From contig JAXMOL010000016.1 of assembly GCA_034669905.1 (NCBI GenBank), forward strand, positions 1 through 64,000: a stretch of 64,000 nt of DNA. The letters are read 5' to 3'. This stretch comes from Candidatus Hydrogenedentota bacterium (GTDB lineage Bacteria; Hydrogenedentota; Hydrogenedentia; Hydrogenedentales; JAEUWI01). Positions 50,949 through 62,839 of the stretch are shown piece after piece (the stretch's first letter is position 1; each line of letters opens with the position of its first letter). Under the pieces are notes generated by a model that was given only the letters and a program-made list of their open reading frames with translations, did no database searches and was not told the DNA's origin. The position numbers and the translations under genes are program-made.

Positions 50949-51498
50949 AACGGCTCACTTTGCGATCGTACTGCAGAATCGCCATGATGCTGAAGGCATC
51001 GTTGATTTCTCCCCGGTCCACCATAGCGACCGCTTCGGCCCAGGGCACGGTTTTCACCTGAAGCTCCTCCGTGCCCTCCGGTGACGCGCCGACGTGATGG
51101 AGTCCACGGGCCACATAGAGAAATCCCCGTTCCGACGAGTGGCAGTTGGTCAGGTGCAGTTCATGGCCCAAGGGCTCCCAATGATCGGCCCGCAACCCGG
51201 CTTCTTCCTGGAGTTCCCGCTTACAGGCTTCCATGGGGTCTTCCCCCACTTCCGCCCCGCCTTCGATAATTTCCCAGGAATAGCAGCCCAACGCATAGCG
51301 ATATTGCCCCACGAGATAGATTTCATCGGCCTCGGTCAGGGCAATCACCCCCGTGGCCACCCGGCAATCCACGACACCATAAATTCCCGGCTTGCCGTCG
51401 GGACGTATTACCTGATCCTCCCGAACGGTAATCCAGGGGTTTTCATACTTCACTTCGCTGGAGAGGGTTTTCCAGGGATTGCGTTCGGGGTCGTGCAT
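50947..51498 (-). CDS. NUDIX hydrolase (ADP-ribose pyrophosphatase-like)
   Basis: YENPWI, QYRY, EGGAEVGEDPMEACKRELQEEAG Nudix box. Confidence 0.92.
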   Translation of the reverse strand: MHDPERNPWKTLSSEVKYENPWITVREDQVIRPDGKPGIYGVVDCRVATGVIALTEADEIYLVGQYRYALGCYSWEIIEGGAEVGEDPMEACKRELQEEAGLRADHWEPLGHELHLTNCHSSERGFLYVARGLHHVGASPEGTEELQVKTVPWAEAVAMVDRGEINDAFSIMAILQYDRKVSR

Positions 51499-51603
51499 GG
51501 GAGGGTTAAACCTTCACTTGGTGACTTCGGATAATTTCACACGAATACGGTCCGTCGCTTCGCTTCGGTCCACTCAGGTGCATCGTGACGGTAGGCACGG
51601 CGG

Positions 51604-51666
51604 CTAAAGTGGGATAGGCTTCCAGCCCGCCTCCGGCGCGTCTGCGACCTGTCACGTCGCTCGCTC
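51604..51666 (-). repeat. 63-bp repeat, inverted partner of 49228-49290
   Basis: Contains GTGGGATAGGCTTCCAGCC; reverse complement matches 49228-49290. Confidence 0.9.
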
Positions 51667-51831
51667 AAAGCCACCAATAGTGCAGGACGCCACGAGGGGC
51701 CCCTTGGAATTGGGTAGCGAGCACCCCACCACCTCGCGCTATCCGGCATAGCGTGGTCGCCTCATGTCAGCCTGGAAGGCGAACCCACTTTGGCGCACCT
51801 TCAATCACTTGGATGTGCTTCTCTCGGGAAA

Positions 51832-51906
51832 CCCGGTGGACGGTGTGGACTTGGTGGACTATGTGGACATGTTTATCTGTCCACCTTGTCCACGACATCC
51901 ACCGGG
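51832..51906. repeat. Mirror-arranged 9-bp repeats forming a hairpin downstream of acs
   Basis: GTGGAC x4 at 9-bp period followed by GTCCAC/ATCCAC x3; CCCGGTGGA...TCCACCGGG ends. Confidence 0.8.
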
Positions 51907-51934
51907 CCTGACGTTCCTTCAAGAGAAATTAACG

Positions 51935-53890
51935 TTACTCGTCGGTCTCACGCAACTTGGCCAGCACGTTGAAGTCTTCCAAGGTGGTAGTGTCCTGCGT
52001 GGTCTCGTTACCAGCTGCGATATCACGCAGTAGACGTCGCATGATTTTACCGGAGCGCGTCTTTGGCAGCGAATCGGTGAAGCGAATCTGGTCCGGCTTG
52101 GCGATGGCGCCAATTTCCTTGGCCACGTGTTCACGGAGAGCCGCTTTCGCGTCATCACTGGGGTCCGCACCGGCGCGAAGCGATACGAAGGCGCAGATTC
52201 CCTGCCCCTTCACATCGTGGGGGAATCCCACGACGGCGGCCTCGGCCACGAACTCGCTGGATACGAGGGCCGACTCAATTTCCATCGTGCCCAGACGGTG
52301 TCCCGACACGTTGATCACGTCGTCCAGACGACCAATGATCATGTAGTAGCCATCCTTCGCGCAGAAAGCACCGTCGCCCGTGAGGTACCAGCCCTGCTTG
52401 GCGAATTTCTCGAAGTAGACTTCCTTAAAACGCTCATCGTCACCGTAGAGGGTGCGCAGCATGGAGGGCCAGGGCTCTTTGACCACCAGCAACCCACTGT
52501 GGCCCTGCTCCACTTCTTCGCCATCTTCCGTCACGATGGCCGGCTGAATGCCGAAGAAGGGCACCCCGGCGGAACCCGGCTTGGCGGGCATGGCGCCCGG
52601 CAGGGTGGTGATCATGATCCCCCCCGTCTCGGTCTGCCACCAGGTATCCACGATGGGACACTTCTCCCGGCCCACATGCTTGTGATACCAGACCCACGCT
52701 TCCGGGTTAATGGGTTCACCCACCGTACCGAGCAGACGCAGGCTGCTGAGATCATACTTGGCGGGGTGTTCGTCGCCCCACTTGGCAAAGGCGCGGATGG
52801 CCGTCGGGGCCGTGTAGAAAATGTTAACCTTATACTTGTCGACGATCTGCCAGAAGCGATCCGGGCCCGGGTGGTTGGGCGCCCCTTCGTACATGACCGA
52901 GGTCGCGCCATTGGCGAGAATACCGTAGACAATATAACTGTGCCCCGTCACCCAGCCAATATCGGCCGTGCACCAGTAGGTGTCTTCTTCTTTCAGGTCG
53001 AAGACGTGCTTCGAGGTGAGGTAGGTGCCCACCATGTAGCCACCGGTCGTGTGCAGGATGCCCTTCGGCTTTCCCGTGGAGCCCGAGGTGTACAGGATAT
53101 ACAGCGGATCTTCCGCGTCCAACTCTTCGGCGGGACAGTCATCGGAGACATCGGCCAGCAACTCGTGCCACCAGTGATCGCGACCTTCCACCATATTCAC
53201 GTCGTTTTCGGTCCGCTTGACCACCAACACGTTTTTGACCGTGGGACAACTCTGGAGCGCTTCGTCGACGGCTTCTTTCAGCGCGACGACGCTACCACGA
53301 CGCCAGCCGCCATCGGCCGTAATGATGCAGCTCACATCAGAATCGTGCACCCGGTCACTGATGGCCGTCGCGGAAAATCCACCAAAAATGATGGAGTGGA
53401 CGGCACCGATGCGTGCACACGCCAACATGGCGATGGCCAGCTCGGGGATCATGGGCATATAAATAGCCACACGGTCGCCTTTTTTGACCCCCATCTTCTT
53501 CAGGCCATTGGCTGCCTGGCACACGCGGCGGTGCAGCTCCTGATAGGTGAGGATTACCTGGTCGCCCGGCTCCCCTTCCCAGATAATGGCGGCCTTGTTC
53601 TTACGGGCCGTGGTGAGATGGCGATCGAGGCAATTGTAGGAAATGTTGGTCTTGCCCCCTTCATACCATTTCACAAAGGGCATATTGTCTTTGTTGCAGA
53701 CCCGGTCCCATTTCTTGAACCAGTGCAGCTCACTGGCCACATCGCCCCAGAACGTCTCCGGGTCTTCGATGGACTGCTTATACAGGGCGTCATAGGCTTC
53801 CCGAGATGGGACCGAAGCCGCCGAAGCAAAGGCTTCGGACGGTTCAAAGAGACGACTCTCCTCTAAGACGTGATCAATCTGTTGACTCAT
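51935..53890 (-). CDS. acs: Acetyl-CoA synthetase (acetate--CoA ligase)
   Basis: [42 protein letters not shown]. Confidence 0.96.
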   Translation of the reverse strand: MSQQIDHVLEESRLFEPSEAFASAASVPSREAYDALYKQSIEDPETFWGDVASELHWFKKWDRVCNKDNMPFVKWYEGGKTNISYNCLDRHLTTARKNKAAIIWEGEPGDQVILTYQELHRRVCQAANGLKKMGVKKGDRVAIYMPMIPELAIAMLACARIGAVHSIIFGGFSATAISDRVHDSDVSCIITADGGWRRGSVVALKEAVDEALQSCPTVKNVLVVKRTENDVNMVEGRDHWWHELLADVSDDCPAEELDAEDPLYILYTSGSTGKPKGILHTTGGYMVGTYLTSKHVFDLKEEDTYWCTADIGWVTGHSYIVYGILANGATSVMYEGAPNHPGPDRFWQIVDKYKVNIFYTAPTAIRAFAKWGDEHPAKYDLSSLRLLGTVGEPINPEAWVWYHKHVGREKCPIVDTWWQTETGGIMITTLPGAMPAKPGSAGVPFFGIQPAIVTEDGEEVEQGHSGLLVVKEPWPSMLRTLYGDDERFKEVYFEKFAKQGWYLTGDGAFCAKDGYYMIIGRLDDVINVSGHRLGTMEIESALVSSEFVAEAAVVGFPHDVKGQGICAFVSLRAGADPSDDAKAALREHVAKEIGAIAKPDQIRFTDSLPKTRSGKIMRRLLRDIAAGNETTQDTTTLEDFNVLAKLRETDE

Positions 53891-54091
53891 GGTGCTCCTC
53901 CGTTGGGTACATCAAGATACCGCTGTCATTGCGCGGTGCGCGGCGATTCCTGCCTGGGCGCGCTTTCCCTGGGTCCCTGCCTTTGAGACGAAAAGCACAC
54001 CCCAGCCGCTGGCTGACGTAGCAGAATATGATTAGAAAGGGGTTATTGTACACAATTCTCGCCCGAATTCAACGGAACGACGGACTTCCCT

Positions 54092-56725
54092 CTACCCGTC
54101 GTAGTCGTTTCGGGTGACTCCCAGGGCCTCGATGATATCCTCATAGCCCGCAGCTTCCGCCATCCGGAGGGCGGTCAGGCCCTGAGAAATGGCGTCAATA
54201 TCGGCTCCGTGGTGGACCAGTAACTCCACCAACCTGACATCCGCACGGCCCACGGCCTGATGGATTGGCATCCGGCCTTCCCGTGTCGGGGCGTTTACAT
54301 CGGCACCGGATTCTACCAACAACTGGGTGATGGCATGGTTACCCGCACTAATCGCCATGTGAAGGGGGGTCAACTCACTGGGCCCCCAACGAAGACGAAT
54401 ACTCCCCGGCCAATAGTGCAGCACCTGTTTCAGGCGCTTGATGTCGTTTTCCTGCACCGCCTGGAAGATATCCAGGGCGCGGCCGCGGTCTTCGCCCTCT
54501 GCCAGATCCGCTTTCGTCTCCCCCGGAAACCCCGTGCGTGACAGATCCGACAACTGGCTTTCCACTTCCTGTAATAACATGACGACCCGGGCGTGCCCCC
54601 GGTCCAGGGCAAAATCGCAGGCCGTATTGCCTTCCCGCGAAACCAGGCGCACATCGGCCCCGTGATTGAGCAAGAGCCGCACCAGCTCCAGGTCCCCGTT
54701 GCGGGCGGCATACATCAGGGGACTCATTCCCCGGGCATTGCAGAAATTGACCTGGGCATGGTATTCCATGAGGAGGCGCACCATGCCCGAGTTGGACTCA
54801 CGGGCGGCCTGGAGCAGAGGCGTCCAACGCTCGTGGCGGGTTCGTGCATCGACGCAACCGGGGTTCTCTTTTAAAATCGTCAGGGCACGGGGCGGATCAT
54901 CCTCTTTTACGGCCTGAAACAGGGCGTACCCCGCTTCCTGTTGCACCAGGAAAGAATCCAGAAACTGCACAATAGCCTCTTCCCGTTGCGCCTCGGCATA
55001 GCTGCGGAGGTCCGTACCTTCCAGATCAACCTGATCGATGCGCGCCCCCCCTTCCAGCAGCACCTTCACCATGGCCAGGTTTCCGGTATCCACCGCATAG
55101 GCGATGGCAGACTTTCCGTCGATACTGCGGGTATGCACATCGGCCCCATGATCCAGGAGGGTCTGGGCAATCTCCCGTTCTTCGGCCCGCACCGCAATCA
55201 GGAGGGGGGTCCAACGACTCCGTTTCGAGTGGACGTTCACGCTCTGAGGCACCTGCACCACGATCTCTTTGATGCGGGCCAGGTCGCCCCGCGCCACCAC
55301 CTCCAGGATGTCCATACAGGCGGCCAGTCGCTTCTCACGCTTTTTCAGATAGGTGGCCAGTTCGGCGTGTCCCTGTCGCTCCGCCATTTCCGCGGGCTTC
55401 TCTTTGTTCGCAAAGGGTGCACTCACATTGGCACCCGCATTGAGCAAGCGCCGGGCGATAGGCTGATTGCCCCGCAAAACCGCAATGCGCAGGGCACACA
55501 TCCCGTCCCGGGCCACGTGGTGCACGTCCGCGCCTTGATCAATCAGCCGGCGTACCAGAACCTCGTCTTCCTGTTTCACGGCCATCATAAGGGCATGGGC
55601 ACCGTCTTTGGGCGCCAGGTTCACATCGACATTGTGGTTGAGCAAGAGGTTGACCACATCGTTGTGGCCCTCTCGCAGTGCCACCATCAGGGCGCTCCAC
55701 CCCCGATTATCCTGTTGGTTCACATTGGTCCCGGCATGGAGCAGCCCCGCCACGATTTCCAGGTGCCCTTCCCGAGAGGCGATCAGCAGGGGCGTCTCAT
55801 TGTGAACCGTCAACGGATCGACCGGAACCCCCTTGGAGAGCAAGTAGGCGGCCACACCGGCGTGGCCATTCTGCGACGCACAGTAGAGTGCCGTTTCCCC
55901 TTGGCGGGTCGGTTTCCCCAGGTCGGCACCAAACTCATGAAGGGCCTGGACCGTCTTCAGATCCCCCTGCCCGGCCGCATAATAAACCGGGGGGTAGCCC
56001 GCTTCATCCAGGGCATCTGGATCGGCACCACGCCGCAGCTTCTGGCCGATGGTCGTATTGAAGCCCTCCTGAACCGCCTCGTGAAGTCCGGTCGCCTTCC
56101 GACGGGTGGACAGGTAGACCGCCACACCCGCCAAAACAAGAAGCAGCACGCCACCCGCGAGCCCGCCAATTACCAGGGGATTCACCGGGCCGTTGCTACG
56201 TTGCTGCGCCGCGCGAACCTGGCCCGCCAGCAGCTTGCTGGCAGTCACCGTCGCTTCGAATGGCCCGTATTCGGACGAAATCTTTTCTTGTTGTTCCTTG
56301 AGTTGACGCCGGGTCGTGGTAAAAAAGGAACTGTCCCAGGCGCTACCCAGCGCCAGGGCCAAGACGCGCTTTTCCTCCACCAGAAGCAACACCAACGCCT
56401 TCTCGCGGCCCTGGTCATCCAGGGGACGCTGGGATTGAAGGGCTTCCAGCACGAGGGCAGCAAATGCCTCGGGTTGCATGGATTCACCGCCATATTCCAC
56501 CAGCGCGGGCAAGGCCACCACATACAGGGGCACCCCTGTTTCTTTTTCACACGAACCCACCGTCGCCTGAATTTCTGCGAGCGACTCGGCCGACAGCACC
56601 CCCTGGGGATCCACCACACCTGCAGTGGGCGCAATCCAGGAAGAATCGAATTCCGCGCAATGGGCCTGCGCGGCGCACAGCGCCACAGCAACCATTGCAA
56701 TGGGTAGAAAAATCCACTTGGTCAC
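54092..56725 (-). CDS. TPM-like domain + transmembrane helix + ankyrin repeat protein
   Basis: Signal peptide, VVDPQGVLS..ETG TPM-like N-domain, TM (LVIGG...AVYL) followed by RRK, then many ankyrin repeats. Confidence 0.85.
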   Translation of the reverse strand: MTKWIFLPIAMVAVALCAAQAHCAEFDSSWIAPTAGVVDPQGVLSAESLAEIQATVGSCEKETGVPLYVVALPALVEYGGESMQPEAFAALVLEALQSQRPLDDQGREKALVLLLVEEKRVLALALGSAWDSSFFTTTRRQLKEQQEKISSEYGPFEATVTASKLLAGQVRAAQQRSNGPVNPLVIGGLAGGVLLLVLAGVAVYLSTRRKATGLHEAVQEGFNTTIGQKLRRGADPDALDEAGYPPVYYAAGQGDLKTVQALHEFGADLGKPTRQGETALYCASQNGHAGVAAYLLSKGVPVDPLTVHNETPLLIASREGHLEIVAGLLHAGTNVNQQDNRGWSALMVALREGHNDVVNLLLNHNVDVNLAPKDGAHALMMAVKQEDEVLVRRLIDQGADVHHVARDGMCALRIAVLRGNQPIARRLLNAGANVSAPFANKEKPAEMAERQGHAELATYLKKREKRLAACMDILEVVARGDLARIKEIVVQVPQSVNVHSKRSRWTPLLIAVRAEEREIAQTLLDHGADVHTRSIDGKSAIAYAVDTGNLAMVKVLLEGGARIDQVDLEGTDLRSYAEAQREEAIVQFLDSFLVQQEAGYALFQAVKEDDPPRALTILKENPGCVDARTRHERWTPLLQAARESNSGMVRLLMEYHAQVNFCNARGMSPLMYAARNGDLELVRLLLNHGADVRLVSREGNTACDFALDRGHARVVMLLQEVESQLSDLSRTGFPGETKADLAEGEDRGRALDIFQAVQENDIKRLKQVLHYWPGSIRLRWGPSELTPLHMAISAGNHAITQLLVESGADVNAPTREGRMPIHQAVGRADVRLVELLVHHGADIDAISQGLTALRMAEAAGYEDIIEALGVTRNDYDG

Positions 56726-57291
56726 ACTTCACGCTCCCGGTTGGATGATATCGGCACACCGCCCCGGCGGTTAGCCACGTCATCGCCCTGCTCCGCCAGC
56801 ATCAACTCCAGATAAGAATATTCCTCATGGGCATCGTCGTCTATTTGGAAGGCCTCGATCAAGAAGCGCAGCTTCGCAAAGCCATCGTCCTCGTCATGTT
56901 CCCCGTCCAGCACGGCCTCAAACTCGATATAAGCGCCCAGACCTTCCACGGCGTCCAGGTGAATTCGTACATTCTTCCACAGATAGAGGTTGCGTACCTT
57001 GTCGACCACCGTGAGAACACCCAGGGCCGGACGCAACATCGCCTTAATCGACGGGTTGACCGTTTCCAGCTGATAGTCACAGCCCTTGGGCCCCGCGATA
57101 TCAGGCCGATGATAAAACACCAACTCGGTGACCCCCGGAGTGGCTTCCCGGAGCTTCAGTCGGCCCTCAGGCACCCGAAAGTACGTATCTACCTGATGAA
57201 TTGCGCCCTGGTGGGACGCCTTTAATGTCTGGCAGACGGATTCGGCCGCCGCGCGATCTGCCAGGCGCGCTTTTAGTTCGATATTTCGCAT
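56722..57291 (-). CDS. CYTH domain protein (class IV adenylate cyclase, CyaB-like)
   Basis: NIELKAR ExK motif, QVDTYF, RLKLR, VDKVR, HLDAV..LG.YIEFE, SYLEL. Confidence 0.88.
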   Translation of the reverse strand: MRNIELKARLADRAAAESVCQTLKASHQGAIHQVDTYFRVPEGRLKLREATPGVTELVFYHRPDIAGPKGCDYQLETVNPSIKAMLRPALGVLTVVDKVRNLYLWKNVRIHLDAVEGLGAYIEFEAVLDGEHDEDDGFAKLRFLIEAFQIDDDAHEEYSYLELMLAEQGDDVANRRGGVPISSNREREV

Positions 57292-57295
57292 CACC

Positions 57296-59359
57296 CTACC
57301 TGTCACGTACCAGCCATCGCTGGAGTACTTCTTCCAGTTCATCCCGACGGACGGGCTTGGCGAGATGACCATCCATGCCCGCCGCCTTACAGCGCTTCCG
57401 ATCTGAAATCATCGCACTCGCCGTAAGCGCCACGATGGGCGTTTTCCCAACCTTCCCTGGAAGCTGACGGATTCTTCGCGTCGCATCCAGGCCATCCAGC
57501 CGGGGCATTTCACAATCCATCAGGACCAGATCATAGTTTCCAGCCTGCACGGCTTCCACCGCCTCCAGGCCATCGCTGACACACTCGCTCGAAACGCCCA
57601 ATTGGGCCAACATTTTTGCGGCCACCCGTTGGTTGATCAGGTTGTCATCGGCGACGAGTACCACTCCCCGGTAGACCGCATGCCGTGCGACCGGCGAGGA
57701 AACTACCGGGGCCGTGTTTCCGTTGGCACCACCCCCGCGTTCCGTTTCAAAGACGCCCCCCAATTTGCGTATCAGGCTGCGAAAGCGAATCGGCTGAATC
57801 AATTCGGCAGCGTAGCCCAGGGCGCGAATCCGCGCTTCTCCCTGGCGGCGGGTCATCATGCCCAGCACGATAGTCGGAACCCGACCACGGACCGCTGGCA
57901 ATTCCCCGTCGGTTGCGTCCGGCTCCGATGCCCGGGTGGGCGCATAGATGATGGCATCCCAATCGCCTGCCTCCCCTTCCGCCAGCGTCCCGAAATCTCC
58001 ATGTATCCCCACCGCCTCGAGATAGCACCGCAAAAAGGAACGGCGAATTTCGTTCTCGTCGCATACCAGTACCCGTTTGCCCCTGAACGTCTGTTCCCAC
58101 GGGTTCGGGTCGGCCGGCTCGCTTCTAATAAATCGGGCCGTAAACCGGAAGGTGGAGCCCGCCCCTTCCTCGGAATCGACCGCAATATCGCCGCCCATCA
58201 GCGATACCAGGCGGCGGCAAATCGCCAACCCCAGACCAGTGCCTCCAAACTTTCGCGTCGTGGAGAGGTCGGCTTGTTCGAAGGCCTGGAACAGGTTTTC
58301 CTGTACCTCCGGCGGAATCCCGATACCGGTGTCCCGGACGGAGAAACGCAGCACGACCTCATTGCCTTCTTCCGAAACCGCCTCGGCGCACACGGACACC
58401 ATACCCTCGTCCGTAAACTTCACCGCGTTGTTGGTGAGGTTTACCAGTATCTGACGGAGGCGGCCCGGATCACCGATAAGTGCCGGCGGTGTGCCGGGAA
58501 GCACCTGGCTCACCATGGTCAGGCCCTTTTCCTGCCCCTTGATGCTGACCATTTCGATGGCCTCCTCGACAATGTCGAAGAGATCAAACGGTATGGACTC
58601 CAGGTTCATCTTCCCCGCTTCGATCTTGGAATAGTCGAGGATGTCGCTGATAATGCCCAGCAACACCTCACCCGAATAGATGGCCGTTTGCACCATCTCC
58701 CGCTGCTCCTCATCCAGCTTCGTATCGAGGAGCAGACCATTCATGCCCAATACGCCGTTGAGGGGGGTTCGAATCTCGTGGCTCATGCTGGCGAGGAATT
58801 GCGCCTTGGCGAGCGCTCCCAACTCCGCCTGGGCCACCAGCTGGTTGGCACGGGCCACCGACTCTTCCAGCTCTTTGTTCAGTCTGCGGGACTCCTCGTA
58901 GGCAAGTGCCAGAGAGGCTTCTGCCTGACGGCGCACCTCAACCTGCTCTTCCACAAGTTGCTGGGAGCGCTTCAGATCGCAGAATATCGAAACCTTGGAC
59001 CGTAGAATCAGTGGGTCTGGTGGTTTGTTCAGGAAGTCCACGGCACCCGCATCATAGCCGCGATGGAGATAGCTGCGCTCGCCCGCCCCCATGGAGGTGA
59101 GGAATACGATGGGAATACCGGCCGTGTCGGGCGACTCACGCAACGCTTCCGCGACTTCAAAGCCGTCCATGCCCGGCATACTCACATCCAGCAGTATGAG
59201 GGCATAGTCCCGCTGCACCGCCCGTTCCAGGGCGATCTCGCCGCTCAGGGCACCGACGACCTCAACATCCATATCCCGCAGGAGACGAGTCATGGCCTCC
59301 TGATCTTCTGGATTGTCATCCACAAGTAGAATATGTTGTCTATCGGCTGGCGAACTCAA
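57296..59359 (-). CDS. Hybrid histidine kinase/response regulator (REC-HisKA-HATPase-pseudoREC-REC)
   Basis: N-terminal REC (VDD, LDVSMP, KP), [27 protein letters not shown]-terminal REC (MDCEMP). Confidence 0.94.
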   Translation of the reverse strand: MSSPADRQHILLVDDNPEDQEAMTRLLRDMDVEVVGALSGEIALERAVQRDYALILLDVSMPGMDGFEVAEALRESPDTAGIPIVFLTSMGAGERSYLHRGYDAGAVDFLNKPPDPLILRSKVSIFCDLKRSQQLVEEQVEVRRQAEASLALAYEESRRLNKELEESVARANQLVAQAELGALAKAQFLASMSHEIRTPLNGVLGMNGLLLDTKLDEEQREMVQTAIYSGEVLLGIISDILDYSKIEAGKMNLESIPFDLFDIVEEAIEMVSIKGQEKGLTMVSQVLPGTPPALIGDPGRLRQILVNLTNNAVKFTDEGMVSVCAEAVSEEGNEVVLRFSVRDTGIGIPPEVQENLFQAFEQADLSTTRKFGGTGLGLAICRRLVSLMGGDIAVDSEEGAGSTFRFTARFIRSEPADPNPWEQTFRGKRVLVCDENEIRRSFLRCYLEAVGIHGDFGTLAEGEAGDWDAIIYAPTRASEPDATDGELPAVRGRVPTIVLGMMTRRQGEARIRALGYAAELIQPIRFRSLIRKLGGVFETERGGGANGNTAPVVSSPVARHAVYRGVVLVADDNLINQRVAAKMLAQLGVSSECVSDGLEAVEAVQAGNYDLVLMDCEMPRLDGLDATRRIRQLPGKVGKTPIVALTASAMISDRKRCKAAGMDGHLAKPVRRDELEEVLQRWLVRDR

Positions 59360-59623
59360 TCGTCACCTGACTCCTGCAGTCGGTATTCCAGATTGTTACG
59401 TACACTGTCCGATCGGGAATCCATGGCCATTCCAGGCGAAACGGGCGTCGCGTTGGGACCTGCAGACGACGAACGCATTTTATCCGCTGGAAAAACGCGC
59501 GGTCCTTCGGGGCTCCATCCTGCTACGTACGACCACACAAACAACGACGGCACGATCGTCCCTGTTGTGTCACTAACTCCGCGCTGCCCACGCTCCAACT
59601 ATAGTTTCGCACGATCCCTGCGT

Positions 59624-59669
59624 AAAAAGAAAGAAGCCGCCCGAGTGGTTTTCACATCTCGGACGGCTT
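59624..59669 (-). terminator. groEL terminator
   Basis: AAGCCGCCCGAG...CTCGGACGGCTT stem with A-rich tract (U-tract on minus strand). Confidence 0.75.
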
Positions 59670-59704
59670 GGAGGGTCTCTAAGGAATAGGGGCCGATGGG
59701 CCGA

Positions 59705-61342
<1,638 letters not shown>

Positions 61343-61372
61343 CTATGGTTGTAGGTTCCGGATAATGGAGAA

Positions 61373-61660
61373 TTACTCGATTACCGCCAGAACTTCTTCT
61401 TCGCGCATGATCAGGTGTTCTACACCGTCGATCTTCACTTCCGTACCGGAGTACTTGCCCATAAGGATGCGGTCACCCTTTTTGAGCTCGAGGGGCGTGC
61501 GCTTACCGTCTTCACCCACTTTGCCGGGGCCCACAGCAACCACTTTTGCTTCCTGGGGCTTCTCTTTGGCCGTGTCGGGGATGATGATTCCACCACGTAC
61601 CGTTTCACTAGCTTCTTCACGAATGACCAGAATCCGGTCAGCCAGCGGACGTACTTTCAT
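61373..61660 (-). CDS. groS: Co-chaperonin GroES
   Basis: [41 protein letters not shown]. Confidence 0.98.
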   Translation of the reverse strand: MKVRPLADRILVIREEASETVRGGIIIPDTAKEKPQEAKVVAVGPGKVGEDGKRTPLELKKGDRILMGKYSGTEVKIDGVEHLIMREEEVLAVIE

Positions 61661-61756
61661 GGTCGATCTCCTTGTGTCGTTTCTGTTGCTTCATTACCGA
61701 TTTAAATCGGCCCACCCACGCGGGGGGCGCGATTGACCTGAATGGTTGGGAAGTTG

Positions 61757-61783
61757 TTAGCACTCACCCATGGAGAGTGATAA
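61757..61783. promoter_or_regulatory. CIRCE element (HrcA operator)
   Basis: TTAGCACTC-N9-GAGTGATAA, one mismatch to consensus TTAGCACTC-N9-GAGTGCTAA, upstream of groES. Confidence 0.92.
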
Positions 61784-61809
61784 TAACAACCTTCCCCGCC
61801 TGTTGTCAA
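61780..61809 (-). promoter_or_regulatory. sigma70-type promoter of groESL
   Basis: TTGACA-N18-TATTAT with TG extension; the -10 overlaps the CIRCE arm. Confidence 0.7.
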
Positions 61810-62065
61810 TCCGTTATTCAGTTGCGGGTTGCGCAGCGACTGGACAAGGGAAAACCCCACCGCAAAAGGGGTTACAACGGTTAGGCCCGGGCGAATGGGC
61901 GAAGCCACCCCGCCACCACACGGAAATATCCCCAAAGACCTTATTTACTTCGGACCGGTACCCATGGCATGATGAGACCTCAATTGAGCTTCCCACTTCC
62001 CCAAGGGGCGTTTCTGGGACCGTCATCGCGCTTCATGCACCCCACGCACTACCAAAGGTTTTGAA

Positions 62066-62755
62066 TTGGCTACTCTATTCTCGGGCTGGGACATTTCCAT
62101 CGGTGACCTCATCGGTGGCATCGCCGCCGCAATATTCTATGGCCGCTTCTATCTGCAATGGTTCTATTCCGAGCGGGCCAAACGCAGCGTCGTGCCCATC
62201 GGATTCTGGTATATGAGCAGCGTCGGGTCCCTCCTCCTCTTCGGTTACGGGGTCTACAAACAGTCGGCCGTGGGCACCTTGTCCCACTGTTTCAACATCC
62301 TGATCTATGCCCGCAATCTCATCCACATCTGGCGGGCGAAGGGCATTTTGAGCCGACGTCGCTCGCTCATCGCCCATGGCGTCGCCCTGGGTGTCATACT
62401 CGTGGCCCTCAGCCTGCTCGTTTTGACCTGGCTCAACGTGTTTCAAAGCACCCAGGCCAATGACGGGGCCCAGGCCACCCGCACCTGGTTCTGGATTGCG
62501 GTGGGGGTCCTTGGCCAGGGACTCTTTGCCTGCCGCTTTGTCATCCAATGGCTGGCCACCGAGAAGCGCAAAGAAAGCGTCATTCCCGTTTCCTTCTGGT
62601 ATTTCAGCGTCGCCGCGGCCGTGTTCATGTTCGCCTCCTTCGTCCAACTGCGGGAATGGGTCTTCGCCGTCGGCGTAATCACCACCCTGCCTATCTACCT
62701 GCGGAATCTATGGATCATCTACCGCGGCGAACAACAATGCACCGAGACCGCCTGA
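62066..62755 (+). CDS. Lipid-A-disaccharide synthase N-terminal (LAB_N) tandem-domain membrane protein
   Basis: Two RF..QW..E....S..P..FWY.S repeats. Confidence 0.88.
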   Translation: MATLFSGWDISIGDLIGGIAAAIFYGRFYLQWFYSERAKRSVVPIGFWYMSSVGSLLLFGYGVYKQSAVGTLSHCFNILIYARNLIHIWRAKGILSRRRSLIAHGVALGVILVALSLLVLTWLNVFQSTQANDGAQATRTWFWIAVGVLGQGLFACRFVIQWLATEKRKESVIPVSFWYFSVAAAVFMFASFVQLREWVFAVGVITTLPIYLRNLWIIYRGEQQCTETA

Positions 62756-62839
62756 CGCCGGACTTGCATGCCGAAGTGGCGTAAGCTAACGTAGGGGGCG
62801 GAGTCCCATCTACCCCGTGAACCGCTGTCTGGAGAGGTC

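Noticed and set aside
50616..51084. ORFs encoding (TVDSGQW)n or (STVHCPL)n
   Set aside because: Translations of the 7-bp tandem repeat, overlapping real genes
59356..59598. 80-aa ORF upstream of the kinase
   Set aside because: No recognisable motif or convincing RBS; likely promoter or leader DNA
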